In this document: positions 27,241 to 34,700 of the stretch, one piece after another
Layout of the letters: each line of letters begins with the position of its first letter
Numbering within the stretch: position 1 is the stretch's first letter
Origin: a virus
Taxonomy: Duplodnaviria > Caudoviricetes
Direction: 5' to 3' (one strand)
Length of the DNA stretch: 34,700 bases
Virus record (IMG/VR): IMGVR_UViG_3300010042_000016
Span: 1-34,700 of that record
The notes under the pieces: generated by a model
Seen by the model: the letters and a program-made list of their open reading frames with translations, nothing else
What the model was told of the DNA's origin: nothing
Databases searched by the model: none
Position numbers and translations under genes: made by a program

Positions 27241-27761
27241 CGTTCGAACCTCTCAATTATCGTTTCCATAAACTCAGCCCTGGCCGCTTCACTCAGGTGC
27301 TTCCATAAGGTCTTTTGCGCATACGGTGTACGCAGGAATTCAATCGCTGCAGCGTGGAAGTCGCGCATTTCGTGTTCTTCCATGTCGGCGTAGCTGATTG
27401 ACTTCGGTACCGGGAAAACACCGCCTTTAGGTCCAGGGTGCCAATCGCAGTGACCGGCTCCAACCTTCAGCCAATCGCGGAAGCCTTTATCGAAGTTATC
27501 AAAGCGCTCCGGGGCAGCGAATACTTTCTGCTCCATCAGCATGTGGAAGTTATGGAACGGGCCGCTGCGGGCTTTGTGGGTGATTATGCGGGTAGCTTCA
27601 CCCTCGCCCATCTTGAACATGTCGCTGAAGAACCGGCGCCACTTCTTTTTGTTGATCGGTCCTAGTCCATCGACCTTGCCAAATAGAACCTTGCGCGTGA
27701 TGGCAAGCTCCTCCTCGGTAAATTGGGTGTCGTTAGTGCAGACTAGGACGATTTCAGACAT
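27237..27761 (-). CDS. DUF1367-like (NinB-related) protein (174 aa)
   Basis: RS..FH..., F..FRDWLKVGAGH, PKSISYADME..E...F motifs. Confidence 0.7.
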   Translation of the reverse strand: MSEIVLVCTNDTQFTEEELAITRKVLFGKVDGLGPINKKKWRRFFSDMFKMGEGEATRIITHKARSGPFHNFHMLMEQKVFAAPERFDNFDKGFRDWLKVGAGHCDWHPGPKGGVFPVPKSISYADMEEHEMRDFHAAAIEFLRTPYAQKTLWKHLSEAARAEFMETIIERFER

Positions 27762-27763
27762 AG

Positions 27764-28021
27764 CTAAACCTTGGTGTACCCTTCCTCGAAGGCCTTGGCC
27801 GGCGAATAAGATTCATAGCCATCTTTGTAACGGACGTAATAACCGCCGACTTCTGGCAGGTGCTTTGCAAGCCACGAATGCTCAACTTCCACAAAGCCGC
27901 CGTTATCCAGAAAAATACGACCTTTCCCGCTAGCATCGACCTGCTTCAAATCGGTGATCTTGTTCGCAAAGACTTTCTTGTGGCTTTGCCATTCCGTCAT
28001 TGCTGTAGCTGCTTCACACAT
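27764..28021 (-). CDS. Conserved small phage protein with GYYVRYKDGYESYSPAKAFEEGY motif (85 aa)
   Basis: AGGAG RBS; recognisable recurring phage motif. Confidence 0.7.
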   Translation of the reverse strand: MCEAATAMTEWQSHKKVFANKITDLKQVDASGKGRIFLDNGGFVEVEHSWLAKHLPEVGGYYVRYKDGYESYSPAKAFEEGYTKV

Positions 28022-28031
28022 TTCACTTCTC

Positions 28032-28841
28032 CTAATGCACGCCGAGCTTGGCGTTGATCTTTGAAACCATTTGCGGCTTGGTAAGGCCTGTTGTGGATAT
28101 TTTTGCGGTTCGGGCTAGGTTCATCAGCAGGTTGTCATCCATGCCAAGGTGCGCAGTCGTTGACTTGGATCCATTCACCGGCTTAGGGTCATGCAGCACT
28201 TCATCCGTCCACAATGAGCCGTTGATGTAGGTCATTGGCGCTGGCTCGAATCCATCCATCCACTTGCGGGTGAGTTTCATCGCCTTAACGTGATCGATAA
28301 TCAGGCTGGCTTTGTCATCCAGCTTGCGGGCTTTCCACTTGGCGAGGCATTTGGCTTTGCCGGTACGGCGCTCAGTCTTTGGCCATTCATTCCAGAAATC
28401 TTCGAATCGTGAGGGCGGAGCGCTCACAAGGGTTTTCTTAGTATGGTTAATGGTTAATGGTTTATGGTTAGTTGCCTCTGTGTTCAACACGTGTTCAACA
28501 GTTGTTGCCTTAGCGCTTGCCCTTTGTTCAGCACTTGCTTTGCCAGCACGACTACGGGATTCTTTAAAGCCATGATATTTAACAATTTCTTCATTGCAAC
28601 GCTTATTGAAATAACCGGTATCAGTGAGTGTGAAGAATTCGGAAAGAACAGTCCTTAATGAGGTTTTTTCTTCATCAGAGTGAGCTAATAGCAACCGAGC
28701 GAGCTTTTCAAAGTCGCTAGTCAGTTCTTTTTCAGTGTCGTAATAGAGCTCAATTGCATCAGAAAACAACGAGCGTTCAACACGTGTTAAATGACGTGTT
28801 GCGTTGTTGAAGTCACCGATGTGTTTTTGGTAGAAGTTCAA
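28032..28841 (-). CDS. YdaU/DUF1376 family replication initiation protein (269 aa)
   Basis: MNFYQKHIGDF...HLT..E...LYY.TE, NKRC.EEI, and FEDFW..WPK...GK...W...P.TYIN...W.DE. Confidence 0.85.
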   Translation of the reverse strand: MNFYQKHIGDFNNATRHLTRVERSLFSDAIELYYDTEKELTSDFEKLARLLLAHSDEEKTSLRTVLSEFFTLTDTGYFNKRCNEEIVKYHGFKESRSRAGKASAEQRASAKATTVEHVLNTEATNHKPLTINHTKKTLVSAPPSRFEDFWNEWPKTERRTGKAKCLAKWKARKLDDKASLIIDHVKAMKLTRKWMDGFEPAPMTYINGSLWTDEVLHDPKPVNGSKSTTAHLGMDDNLLMNLARTAKISTTGLTKPQMVSKINAKLGVH

Positions 28842-30304
28842 GCTGCCACCGCTATCTTGTCGATTGATTCAACTGCAGCAATGCGCTCACCTATCCATTC
28901 CATTACCGGGCGAGCCATGGAGTTGCCTACTGCCTTGTATCTAGGTCCATCAACGTCGCGCACTCGCCATTTACCAGACTTCTTGCTTTGTTTGATTTCC
29001 AAGCCTTCGGCAATACATGATTCTGGTGTTTCAGAAGAATCCATCTTCCGCCAGCCTTTCCAGTTTGGAATTTTGGTATATTCATCTTCAAAGCCTTGCA
29101 GCCTTTCACACTCCACAGGTGTCAGACGTCGAACCTGCATGCCGAGCATCAAAGTTGGAGTCAAGTTACTTCCGCTATCGGCTGCGCCAAGCGTCGGAGA
29201 AGTGGATTCCGAATAGCCTATGCCACCAGCTTTTGAACCTTGACCGCCTTTGAATGCAGCAACGGCAGGAGATTTACTTTTATCTAGTGTCGGGCAGATA
29301 ACATCCGGATTCATGCTTTGCGATGAGCTGGCTTGGTGGTGAAATGCTACAGGGTCAAAATTAGGGCCCGAGCCTTTTAATTGATCTAAAGCTACAGCGT
29401 GACGATCTGTTGCTGTAAGCGTGTACATCAATCCGGAAGTATCTGCACCCAATCCATTTCCGCCATTTTCTGGGGCCCTGTCGATCGTTGTGCCTGCCAA
29501 TGCAATGACCATGGTTTCAGTTTCGTAATCTTGCCGGCCCATGCCACCCGCATTCAAGCAATGGGATATTTCGCCGGTGCTTGCAATTAATAACCCTTCC
29601 CGGGATGGGTTGTCCCCATACGGCTTGGTAGTTAATGGAGGTGTTACTGCTTGAAAGTGCTCTGCAACTGCTCCGTCAACTCTTCCGCCTGCACCACCTG
29701 AGAAAGCGCCTGCTGTAATTGCTCCGGCAAGTTTTTCTTTCGCTTTACGGCGCGGTGCAGGATGCCCCGACATGCTGTGGCGCTCAAAAAGTACCGCTGC
29801 GGCACTTCTCCAGTCTCCAAGACATCCGACAACGAAGACGCGACGGCGGCGCTGTGGAACTCCGAAGTACTGAGCGTCAAGAACTCGGTAGGCGAACCCA
29901 TACCCGAGTTCCCCCAACCCTCCGAGCAAGGCGCCAAAATCTTTTCCGCTGTTACTGGACAGGACGCCGGGGACGTTCTCCCATACCAGCCATTTGGGGC
30001 GATATTTGTCAGCAATGGCAAGATAGGTAAGCATGAGATTGCCACGCGGGTCATCCAATCCTTTTCTAAGTCCTGCGATTGAGAAGGACTGACAAGGGGT
30101 TCCTCCAACGAGAACATCGATTGCTGCATCTGGCCACTCCTTGAATTTAGTCATATCGCCAAAGTTAGGCGTATCGGGGTAATGATGTGCAAGCAATGCA
30201 CTCGGGAATTTCTCGATCTCTGAGTATGCGAAAGCTTCCCAACCAAGCGGATGCCAAGCGACGGTCGCAGCTTCGATGCCGGAGCAGACGGACAAATACT
30301 TCAT
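28838..30304 (-). CDS. DNA (cytosine-5) methyltransferase (488 aa; start ATG 30304)
   Basis: Motifs I SVCSGIEA, IV GGTPCQSFS, VI WENVPG, VIII PQRRRRVF, IX RRLTPVECERLQGF, X YKAVGNSM. Confidence 0.95.
   Translation of the reverse strand: MKYLSVCSGIEAATVAWHPLGWEAFAYSEIEKFPSALLAHHYPDTPNFGDMTKFKEWPDAAIDVLVGGTPCQSFSIAGLRKGLDDPRGNLMLTYLAIADKYRPKWLVWENVPGVLSSNSGKDFGALLGGLGELGYGFAYRVLDAQYFGVPQRRRRVFVVGCLGDWRSAAAVLFERHSMSGHPAPRRKAKEKLAGAITAGAFSGGAGGRVDGAVAEHFQAVTPPLTTKPYGDNPSREGLLIASTGEISHCLNAGGMGRQDYETETMVIALAGTTIDRAPENGGNGLGADTSGLMYTLTATDRHAVALDQLKGSGPNFDPVAFHHQASSSQSMNPDVICPTLDKSKSPAVAAFKGGQGSKAGGIGYSESTSPTLGAADSGSNLTPTLMLGMQVRRLTPVECERLQGFEDEYTKIPNWKGWRKMDSSETPESCIAEGLEIKQSKKSGKWRVRDVDGPRYKAVGNSMARPVMEWIGERIAAVESIDKIAVAA
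29644..30129 (-). CDS. Nested out-of-frame gene, M.EcoHK31I polypeptide beta-like (161 aa)
   Basis: AAGGAG 7 nt before ATG 30129. WGNSGM...SSLSDVLET...RYFLS...ILHRA..R...LPE.L..A resembles the beta subunit as recalled from memory. Confidence 0.65.
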   Translation of the reverse strand: MQQSMFSLEEPLVSPSQSQDLEKDWMTRVAISCLPILPLLTNIAPNGWYGRTSPASCPVTAEKILAPCSEGWGNSGMGSPTEFLTLSTSEFHSAAVASSLSDVLETGEVPQRYFLSATACRGILHRAVKRKKNLPEQLQQALSQVVQAEELTEQLQSTFKQ

Positions 30305-30654
30305 GCACGGATCCACCGACTGGCAGGCGTCCCATGTGCCTTCGGGTTAGTCGTCTTGCCATAACCAGCATGCATGATCTTTCCATCCTTAACCGCTTTC
30401 GAAATCACGCCACCGAATGCCCTGTTACTCGGCGGACTTTCCAGCCCAAGCAGCTGCGCATACGCCCGAAAATCTTCAGCCAGAAACGTAGTCGTGCAGA
30501 TTTCCAGCCAGCTATCCATAAAGCCCGCCGCACGCTCAGCCCATCCTTCTGATTTAATTTCTGCGTTGGCCAGGGCCAGGTTCATACCGCCCTTGGCTAG
30601 TTCGCTGGCGTTGAATGGGTGGAAGTTGAAACCTTGCTGAATAGCTACTTGCAT
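30301..30654 (-). CDS. Hypothetical protein, possible winged helix (117 aa)
   Basis: GGAGG RBS; F.AEDFR...P...AFGGV...A.K.G.I...GY...H...W pattern; ATGA coupling to the methyltransferase. Confidence 0.65.
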   Translation of the reverse strand: MQVAIQQGFNFHPFNASELAKGGMNLALANAEIKSEGWAERAAGFMDSWLEICTTTFLAEDFRAYAQLLGLESPPSNRAFGGVISKAVKDGKIMHAGYGKTTNPKAHGTPASRWIRA

Positions 30655-30915
30655 TTAGTTGCCTCCAGTAGTGTTGGATATGTCGCCAATGGCTTTCACG
30701 ATACTGTTCGCTTCATCGATCTTCGTATCTACAAACAGGGCCAATATGCGATTTACAATGTCAGTGCGTGAAACCATCTTGCCGCTGCTCCGCGTTTCCG
30801 AGATAGCCAGGGAATCCAGTACCGATAAGACGACGCGAGGCGAATTGACGCGCAACTCAGCCATTTCCTCGCCCACCCTGTTCGTGCGGGAGAATGAGAT
30901 TTCTTCTTCGCTCAT
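30655..30915 (-). CDS. CII-position regulator, ribbon-helix-helix-like (86 aa)
   Basis: ELRVN.P....VLD.LA...SRTDIVNRIL; directly after cro. Confidence 0.55.
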   Translation of the reverse strand: MSEEEISFSRTNRVGEEMAELRVNSPRVVLSVLDSLAISETRSSGKMVSRTDIVNRILALFVDTKIDEANSIVKAIGDISNTTGGN

Positions 30916-30984
30916 GAATTTAATCCTTGTGATTGGCTGGCTTGCGTATTGCGCTGGCCTGCTCGTTGGTTTTACAAATCTCGG

Positions 30985-31206
30985 TTACGCTGCTTTTTCT
31001 AAGCCATCAAAAACATCAGGACGCAAAGAAGCCATCGGGACTGAACCGCCAGAGTTTTCATCCAGACGACGACAAAGCGCCCCATCCAACTTAGCGTTAA
31101 CCGACAATGCTTTTCGCAAATAGCCGATTGTTGTTCCGCTATCAGTTGCATATGCGCTTTGTTGTTCGGTGCTAAGTGAATTTAGATATGTTCGAAGTTT
31201 TTCCAT
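30985..31206 (-). CDS. cro: Cro/YdaS-like regulator (73 aa; start ATG 31206)
   Basis: YA...GTTIGYLRK...LC..LD..SGG.V....LRPD motif; divergent from the repressor. Confidence 0.85.
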   Translation of the reverse strand: MEKLRTYLNSLSTEQQSAYATDSGTTIGYLRKALSVNAKLDGALCRRLDENSGGSVPMASLRPDVFDGLEKAA

Positions 31207-31213
31207 GTGAAGA

Positions 31214-31271
31214 AGTTTACCCACGGGTAAATCCAATGTCAATACCTACAGGTCAATTACTTTCGGGTAAT
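31214..31271. promoter_or_regulatory. OR-like operator cluster and PR-like promoter
   Basis: Palindromes TTTACCCACGGGTAAA (31216-31231), AATACCTACAGGTCAA (31241-31256), ATTACTTTCGGGTAAT (31256-31271). Minus-strand TTGACA (31242-31237), 17 nt, TAAACT (31219-31214). Confidence 0.85.
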
Positions 31272-31289
31272 GATTTGCAACAATGGGGA

Positions 31290-31769
31290 ATGGATAAATT
31301 TGATGTAAGACGCTTGAATTTCTTGGAGTTATTGCGCCTTAAATGCGATAACAAGCCAGCAAGATTCGCAAATATTACGGACATGGATCCGTCCTATGTG
31401 ACGCGAATGAAGTATGCGCAGACAAAGAAAGGTCATAAAAAGATAGGCGATGAAACTCTAGAGTTGATCCAGGACAAGTTCAATATTGCGCCAGGCCTGA
31501 TGGACACTGTAGATGGTATTAGGGATTTATTTGATCCTAAGCAAGCAGCGCTTGGCCTTCCCCAGCCAAAGAGCCCTGTAAAGACCAAGCTCATTTTGCC
31601 CGAAGGGGATGAGTATGATTTTCAGGTAAGTAAGCTGTATAAGGAATTGTCCCCAGATATGCGGGAGGCGGTTCTATCTCTCATTCAATCCATCCACTCA
31701 GAAAGTAGTACGACCGGCACCACAAGCAAGCCCTTCCCTGCCATCAAGCCCAAGAAGGTAAAGGCATGA
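31290..31769 (+). CDS. cI: Prophage repressor (CI-like HTH, no S24 peptidase domain; 159 aa)
   Basis: RRLN...FA....DPSYVTRM...KKIG...I...F....G.MD N-terminus; divergent from cro across the operators. Confidence 0.75.
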   Translation: MDKFDVRRLNFLELLRLKCDNKPARFANITDMDPSYVTRMKYAQTKKGHKKIGDETLELIQDKFNIAPGLMDTVDGIRDLFDPKQAALGLPQPKSPVKTKLILPEGDEYDFQVSKLYKELSPDMREAVLSLIQSIHSESSTTGTTSKPFPAIKPKKVKA

Positions 31770-31957
31770 AAGAGATTGCCATTGCAGGCCTGGTGATCGC
31801 GTTTGCGATGATGACGGTCAACGCTGTTTTCTATGCAGCTGGCAAGGCCTCCTGGGTGAAGAACAATAAAGCAATCATGGCCGGCGAAGCTGTATTTGGC
31901 TTGCTGGCAGTTATCTATTTTATGTATTCCCTATATACGGAGAAATGGTTTGTATAA
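31766..31957 (+). CDS. Two-TM membrane protein (63 aa)
   Basis: ATGA coupling to the repressor; two hydrophobic helices. Confidence 0.7.
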   Translation: MKEIAIAGLVIAFAMMTVNAVFYAAGKASWVKNNKAIMAGEAVFGLLAVIYFMYSLYTEKWFV

Positions 31958-32252
31958 ATCTATAGTCCTGATGGGCCTTCTGCTTACGGCCTGCTCTACC
32001 GCTCCGACCAATGAAAAGCCGGCCGGCATGCGCGTCGCTACGTCTAAAGATGTGACTGACTGCGAATTAAAGGGTGATGTTCATGGCGTGAGCATGCTAT
32101 ATGGCGTCTTTGCCGAGGGCGCAATGTCCAAGGCCAGGCAACAAGCTTTCAAACAAGCGCAAGATATCGAAGCCAATACCGTTGTATGGGAACCGTTCCA
32201 TACTGAAGTCGGCGCTACATCGGTTCATGGCAACGCCTATTCCTGCAAATAA
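31950..32252 (+). CDS. Lipoprotein, DUF4156-like (100 aa; TTG start 31950)
   Basis: GGAGA RBS, lipobox LLTA|C, C..KG.V.G...A...A....ANTVV...GNAYSC pattern. Confidence 0.7.
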   Translation: MYKSIVLMGLLLTACSTAPTNEKPAGMRVATSKDVTDCELKGDVHGVSMLYGVFAEGAMSKARQQAFKQAQDIEANTVVWEPFHTEVGATSVHGNAYSCK

Positions 32253-32271
32253 TTAAACGCTTCTTTTAAAT

Positions 32272-32296
32272 AGCCCGCTCAATGCGGGTTTTTTTT
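32272..32296 (+). terminator. Intrinsic terminator closing the repressor operon
   Basis: AGCCCGC-TCAAT-GCGGGTT followed by a T run. Confidence 0.85.
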
Positions 32297-32358
32297 CGCC
32301 CAAATATTTTCAATCACTTATCTGATGTTCTTCAGGTAAACAAAATATATTAAATTTA

Positions 32359-32401
32359 TTTACCTACAGGTATTGACACGTAGTTTACCTGCGGGTAAAG
32401 T
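32359..32401 (+). promoter_or_regulatory. OL-like operators and PL-like promoter
   Basis: TTTACCTACAGGTATT (32359-32374) and TTTACCTGCGGGTAAA (32384-32399); TTGACA (32373-32378), 17 nt, TAAAGT (32396-32401). Confidence 0.85.
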
Positions 32402-32407
32402 TTACCC

Positions 32408-32575
32408 ATGCACTCTCAAAACACAGAAGAAACATTCATAAACCTTCACGGCGACAAAGCCCAGGTCATTCGCACAACCACACAAGGCTATGCGGAATAC
32501 CTGAAGCAGTACGCAGCTGCGGAGAGTTATGAAGATCGACTGAAGGTAAATCAGGAGGCCGGCCGTGAACTTTAA
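32408..32575 (+). CDS. Small early protein (55 aa; not in ORF track)
   Basis: MHSQNTEETFINLHGDKAQV...EAGREL; ATG 6 nt after the -10 box. Confidence 0.5.
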   Translation: MHSQNTEETFINLHGDKAQVIRTTTQGYAEYLKQYAAAESYEDRLKVNQEAGREL

Positions 32576-32666
32576 AAAATGCGAGAAGTGCGAAAAGGTT
32601 CATCTGTCGCCCGTGATCATCTGTTCGCTATGCGGATTCACTAGGAGGAAGCAATGCGCAAAATAG
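32565..32666 (+). CDS. Zinc-ribbon microprotein (33 aa; not in ORF track)
   Basis: AGGAGG RBS, GTG start, MNFKKCEKCEKVHLSPVIICSLCGFTRRKQCAK with two CxxC motifs. Confidence 0.6.
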   Translation: MNFKKCEKCEKVHLSPVIICSLCGFTRRKQCAK

Positions 32667-32809
32667 TTCCGATTCCAACCGGCTTAATGATTAAGCACAT
32701 GGCGCTGATGGCATTACAGCCTAAGCCTTCGCTGGAAGTTACCTCATTGCAACGCCTGCGCGCCAACCGTGATGCTGATCGCAGGAATGCTCCGAGAGGT
32801 GCGGCATGA
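32654..32809 (+). CDS. Small early protein (51 aa; not in ORF track)
   Basis: AGGAGG RBS; MRKIVPIPTG...RGAA; ATGA coupling to the next gene. Confidence 0.6.
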   Translation: MRKIVPIPTGLMIKHMALMALQPKPSLEVTSLQRLRANRDADRRNAPRGAA

Positions 32810-33006
32810 ACAACCTAAAGATGGTCCTCAGCGAACTCCTGAAACTGATCCTGCTGCTGGCATTCCTGTTCGTTGGCATTCCAATGCTCAGTTACTACTC
32901 AAGCCCGCCGCCTGCGCCAGTAATTAAGTACCAGGAGCCGCGCTTCACGCCTGAGCAGAAAGAGATTTTAGACAGCCTGGCTAGTCCAGTTAGTTACAAA
33001 GCGTAA
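32806..33006 (+). CDS. Single-TM membrane protein (66 aa)
   Basis: GAGGT RBS; hydrophobic LLKLILLLAFLFVGIPML segment. Confidence 0.6.
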   Translation: MNNLKMVLSELLKLILLLAFLFVGIPMLSYYSSPPPAPVIKYQEPRFTPEQKEILDSLASPVSYKA

Positions 33007-33033
33007 GTTTTATTTAACCAAGGAGTAAATACC

Positions 33034-33909
33034 GTGACTGCAAATACAAAGGTGGCAACGCTGCCAAAACGCAACAACCTGACTGCAAAATTTGCAGAGC
33101 GGTTTAGCGTTGATGAAAACGAAGTTATGGACATACTGAAGTCCACAGCATTTAAACAACGGGAAGGCCAGCCGCCGCCTACTGATGCACAAGTAACGGC
33201 ACTGATGATTGTTGCAGATCAGTATGGCCTCAACCCATGGACTAAAGAGATTTACGCCTATCCAGATAAAAACAACGGCATCGTTCCTGTTGTTGGTGTG
33301 GATGGCTGGTCTCGAATCATGAATAGCCATCCGCAAATGGATGGTATTGATTTCAGGTATTCCGAAGCCACGCTTACGCATAAAGGCAAGCTAGCTTATG
33401 AGTGGATTGAATGCGTAATAACTCGCAAGGACCGCACAAAGCCTATCGTCGTCCGTGAATACTTTGATGAAGTCGTGAGGACGCTGAACTTTGCAACACC
33501 CTGGGACACACACCCAAAACGCTTGCACCGCCACAAATCAGAGATTCAATGCGCCCGCGTGGCATTCGGTTTCGCCGGCATTTATGACGAAGACGAAGCT
33601 CAGCGGATTATCGAGAAAGATATCACGCCAGAATCGACCGCCAACAATGCCAGCGCCTATGTTGCTCCTGATTATTACTCTGATGAGGAGTTTGCGGCCA
33701 ATGAGCCAGCCTGGCGCAAGGTGATCGACAACGGCAAAGAGCCTGACCGCTTCATTTCATTCATTGAGGCCAACGGCAAGCTGTTTACCGAAGTCCAGAA
33801 GAAAACCATCACTTCCTGGAAGAAAGCGCCAGCCACTATCGACGGTGAAGCAACCCAAGTGGAAGACGACTTTGTTAAGGATTTAAAAGATAACGAGGTG
33901 ACAGCATGA
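33034..33909 (+). CDS. bet: Phage recombination protein Bet (single-strand annealing; 291 aa)
   Basis: LK.TAFK, ALMIVA.QYGLNPWTKEIYAYPDKNNGIVPVVGVDGWSRI.N, PW..HPKR..RHK..IQCAR.AFGFAGIYD.DEA match lambda Beta. Confidence 0.95.
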   Translation: MTANTKVATLPKRNNLTAKFAERFSVDENEVMDILKSTAFKQREGQPPPTDAQVTALMIVADQYGLNPWTKEIYAYPDKNNGIVPVVGVDGWSRIMNSHPQMDGIDFRYSEATLTHKGKLAYEWIECVITRKDRTKPIVVREYFDEVVRTLNFATPWDTHPKRLHRHKSEIQCARVAFGFAGIYDEDEAQRIIEKDITPESTANNASAYVAPDYYSDEEFAANEPAWRKVIDNGKEPDRFISFIEANGKLFTEVQKKTITSWKKAPATIDGEATQVEDDFVKDLKDNEVTA

Positions 33910-34700
33910 TTGTTCATAAACTGATTCAAGGTTCCGCAGAGTGGCATGCGCACCGGGCCAAATTCGATAACGCCAGCGATGCGCCGGCAATGCTTGGCGA
34001 ATCGCCATACAAGACGCGCACCGAGCTTATTGCTGAACGTGCTACAGGCATTACCAAAGAGCATGACGCTGGCACCCAGGCACGCTTTGCAGAAGGCCAC
34101 GCATTTGAAGCGCTGGCACGCCCTGTAGCTGAAGGCATCATAGGTGAAGCCTTATACCCGGTCACCGGCACCAATGGCACGCTTGGCGCTTCCTTCGATG
34201 GCTTGACCATGATGGAAGACGTTGCGATGGAGCACAAGCGCCTGAACAACGAAATCCGCGCATGCAATAGCGTTGATGAATTGCCGATCATGTACCGCAT
34301 TCAGATGGAACAGCAATTGATGGTATCGGAAGAAACCGAGAAGGTTTTATTCCTGGCGACCAATTGGGAAGGTGAAACGCTGATTGAGGAAAAGCACTTT
34401 TGGTACACAACGGATCCGGCTTTGCGCAAACGCATTGAAGCTGGTTGGGCTCAGCTCCATAAAGACGTTGCCGTTTATGTACCGGTTGAAATCATCGAAA
34501 AGCCCAAGGCTGAAGTAGTTATCGAGCTGCCTGCCCTATTCGTTCATGCCAAAGGTGAGATCACTACAAGCAATATGGAGGAATACGGTACCGCGCTGGC
34601 TGCACGCCTGAATGATGTGCGTTCGATCGTGCTGGTAAGTGATCAAGACTTCGCCAATGCCAAGGGAGCGGCCAGCATGTTCCGCGACCAGATTACCAAA
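33906..34700 (+). CDS. YqaJ-like viral recombinase/exonuclease (3' partial; not in ORF track)
   Basis: ATGA overlap with bet; MIVHKLIQGSAEWHAHR...NASDAPAMLG.SPYKTR, GH.FE..AR, ASFDG...EHK, QMEQQL. Confidence 0.9.
   Translation, partial: MIVHKLIQGSAEWHAHRAKFDNASDAPAMLGESPYKTRTELIAERATGITKEHDAGTQARFAEGHAFEALARPVAEGIIGEALYPVTGTNGTLGASFDGLTMMEDVAMEHKRLNNEIRACNSVDELPIMYRIQMEQQLMVSEETEKVLFLATNWEGETLIEEKHFWYTTDPALRKRIEAGWAQLHKDVAVYVPVEIIEKPKAEVVIELPALFVHAKGEITTSNMEEYGTALAARLNDVRSIVLVSDQDFANAKGAASMFRDQITK

Larger units (their letters stand above)
1..34700. mobile_element. Temperate podovirus-like phage/prophage segment (both ends lie outside the window)
   Basis: Continuous phage gene order: repressor/cro switch, Bet/YqaJ, replication, terminase, portal, scaffold, capsid, adaptor, nozzle, ejection proteins, tail fibre, holin. 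No tape measure or sheath gene and no host genes. Confidence 0.95.

Noticed and set aside
31201-31211. CACATGGAA resembling the late promoter box at the cro start
   Set aside because: Lacks the AAC 5' end, the -10 spacing is not 15 nt, and it is explained by the Met-Glu codons.
32325-32340. Possible third OL operator ATGTTCTTCAGGTAAA
   Set aside because: Only one half-site matches; too weak to call.

Overview
The whole window is one temperate, podovirus-type phage or prophage segment. No host genes, integrase, att site, tRNA, CRISPR array or reverse transcriptase are visible. The PEP-CTERM cargo suggests a Proteobacterial, probably betaproteobacterial, host (inference). From right to left on the minus strand: cro, a CII-like regulator, a C5 DNA methyltransferase, a YdaU/DUF1376 replication initiator, nin-like small genes, terS/terL, portal, an SGNH hydrolase, a PEP-CTERM moron, scaffold, capsid, adaptor, nozzle, GNAT, an HNH-AP2 homing endonuclease, three ejection-type proteins, a 2259-aa polyvalent ejection protein, tail fibre and a probable holin. 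The plus strand at the right end carries a repressor without a peptidase domain, a membrane protein and lipoprotein pair, small early genes, bet and a YqaJ exonuclease. The strongest unusual signals are: (1) four promoter-like sites with the pattern AAC(G/A)CATGGAA-N15-TAyyyT/TAnnnT heading late modules; (2) a structured RNA candidate after terL whose loops are antisense to the capsid gene leader; (3) a 161-aa out-of-frame gene with its own Shine-Dalgarno nested in the methyltransferase, resembling the M.EcoHK31I beta subunit; (4) a phage-borne PEP-CTERM surface protein; (5) two ADP-ribosyltransferase-like domains plus a metallopeptidase in the giant injected protein. All family calls come from reading motifs by eye, not from database searches.
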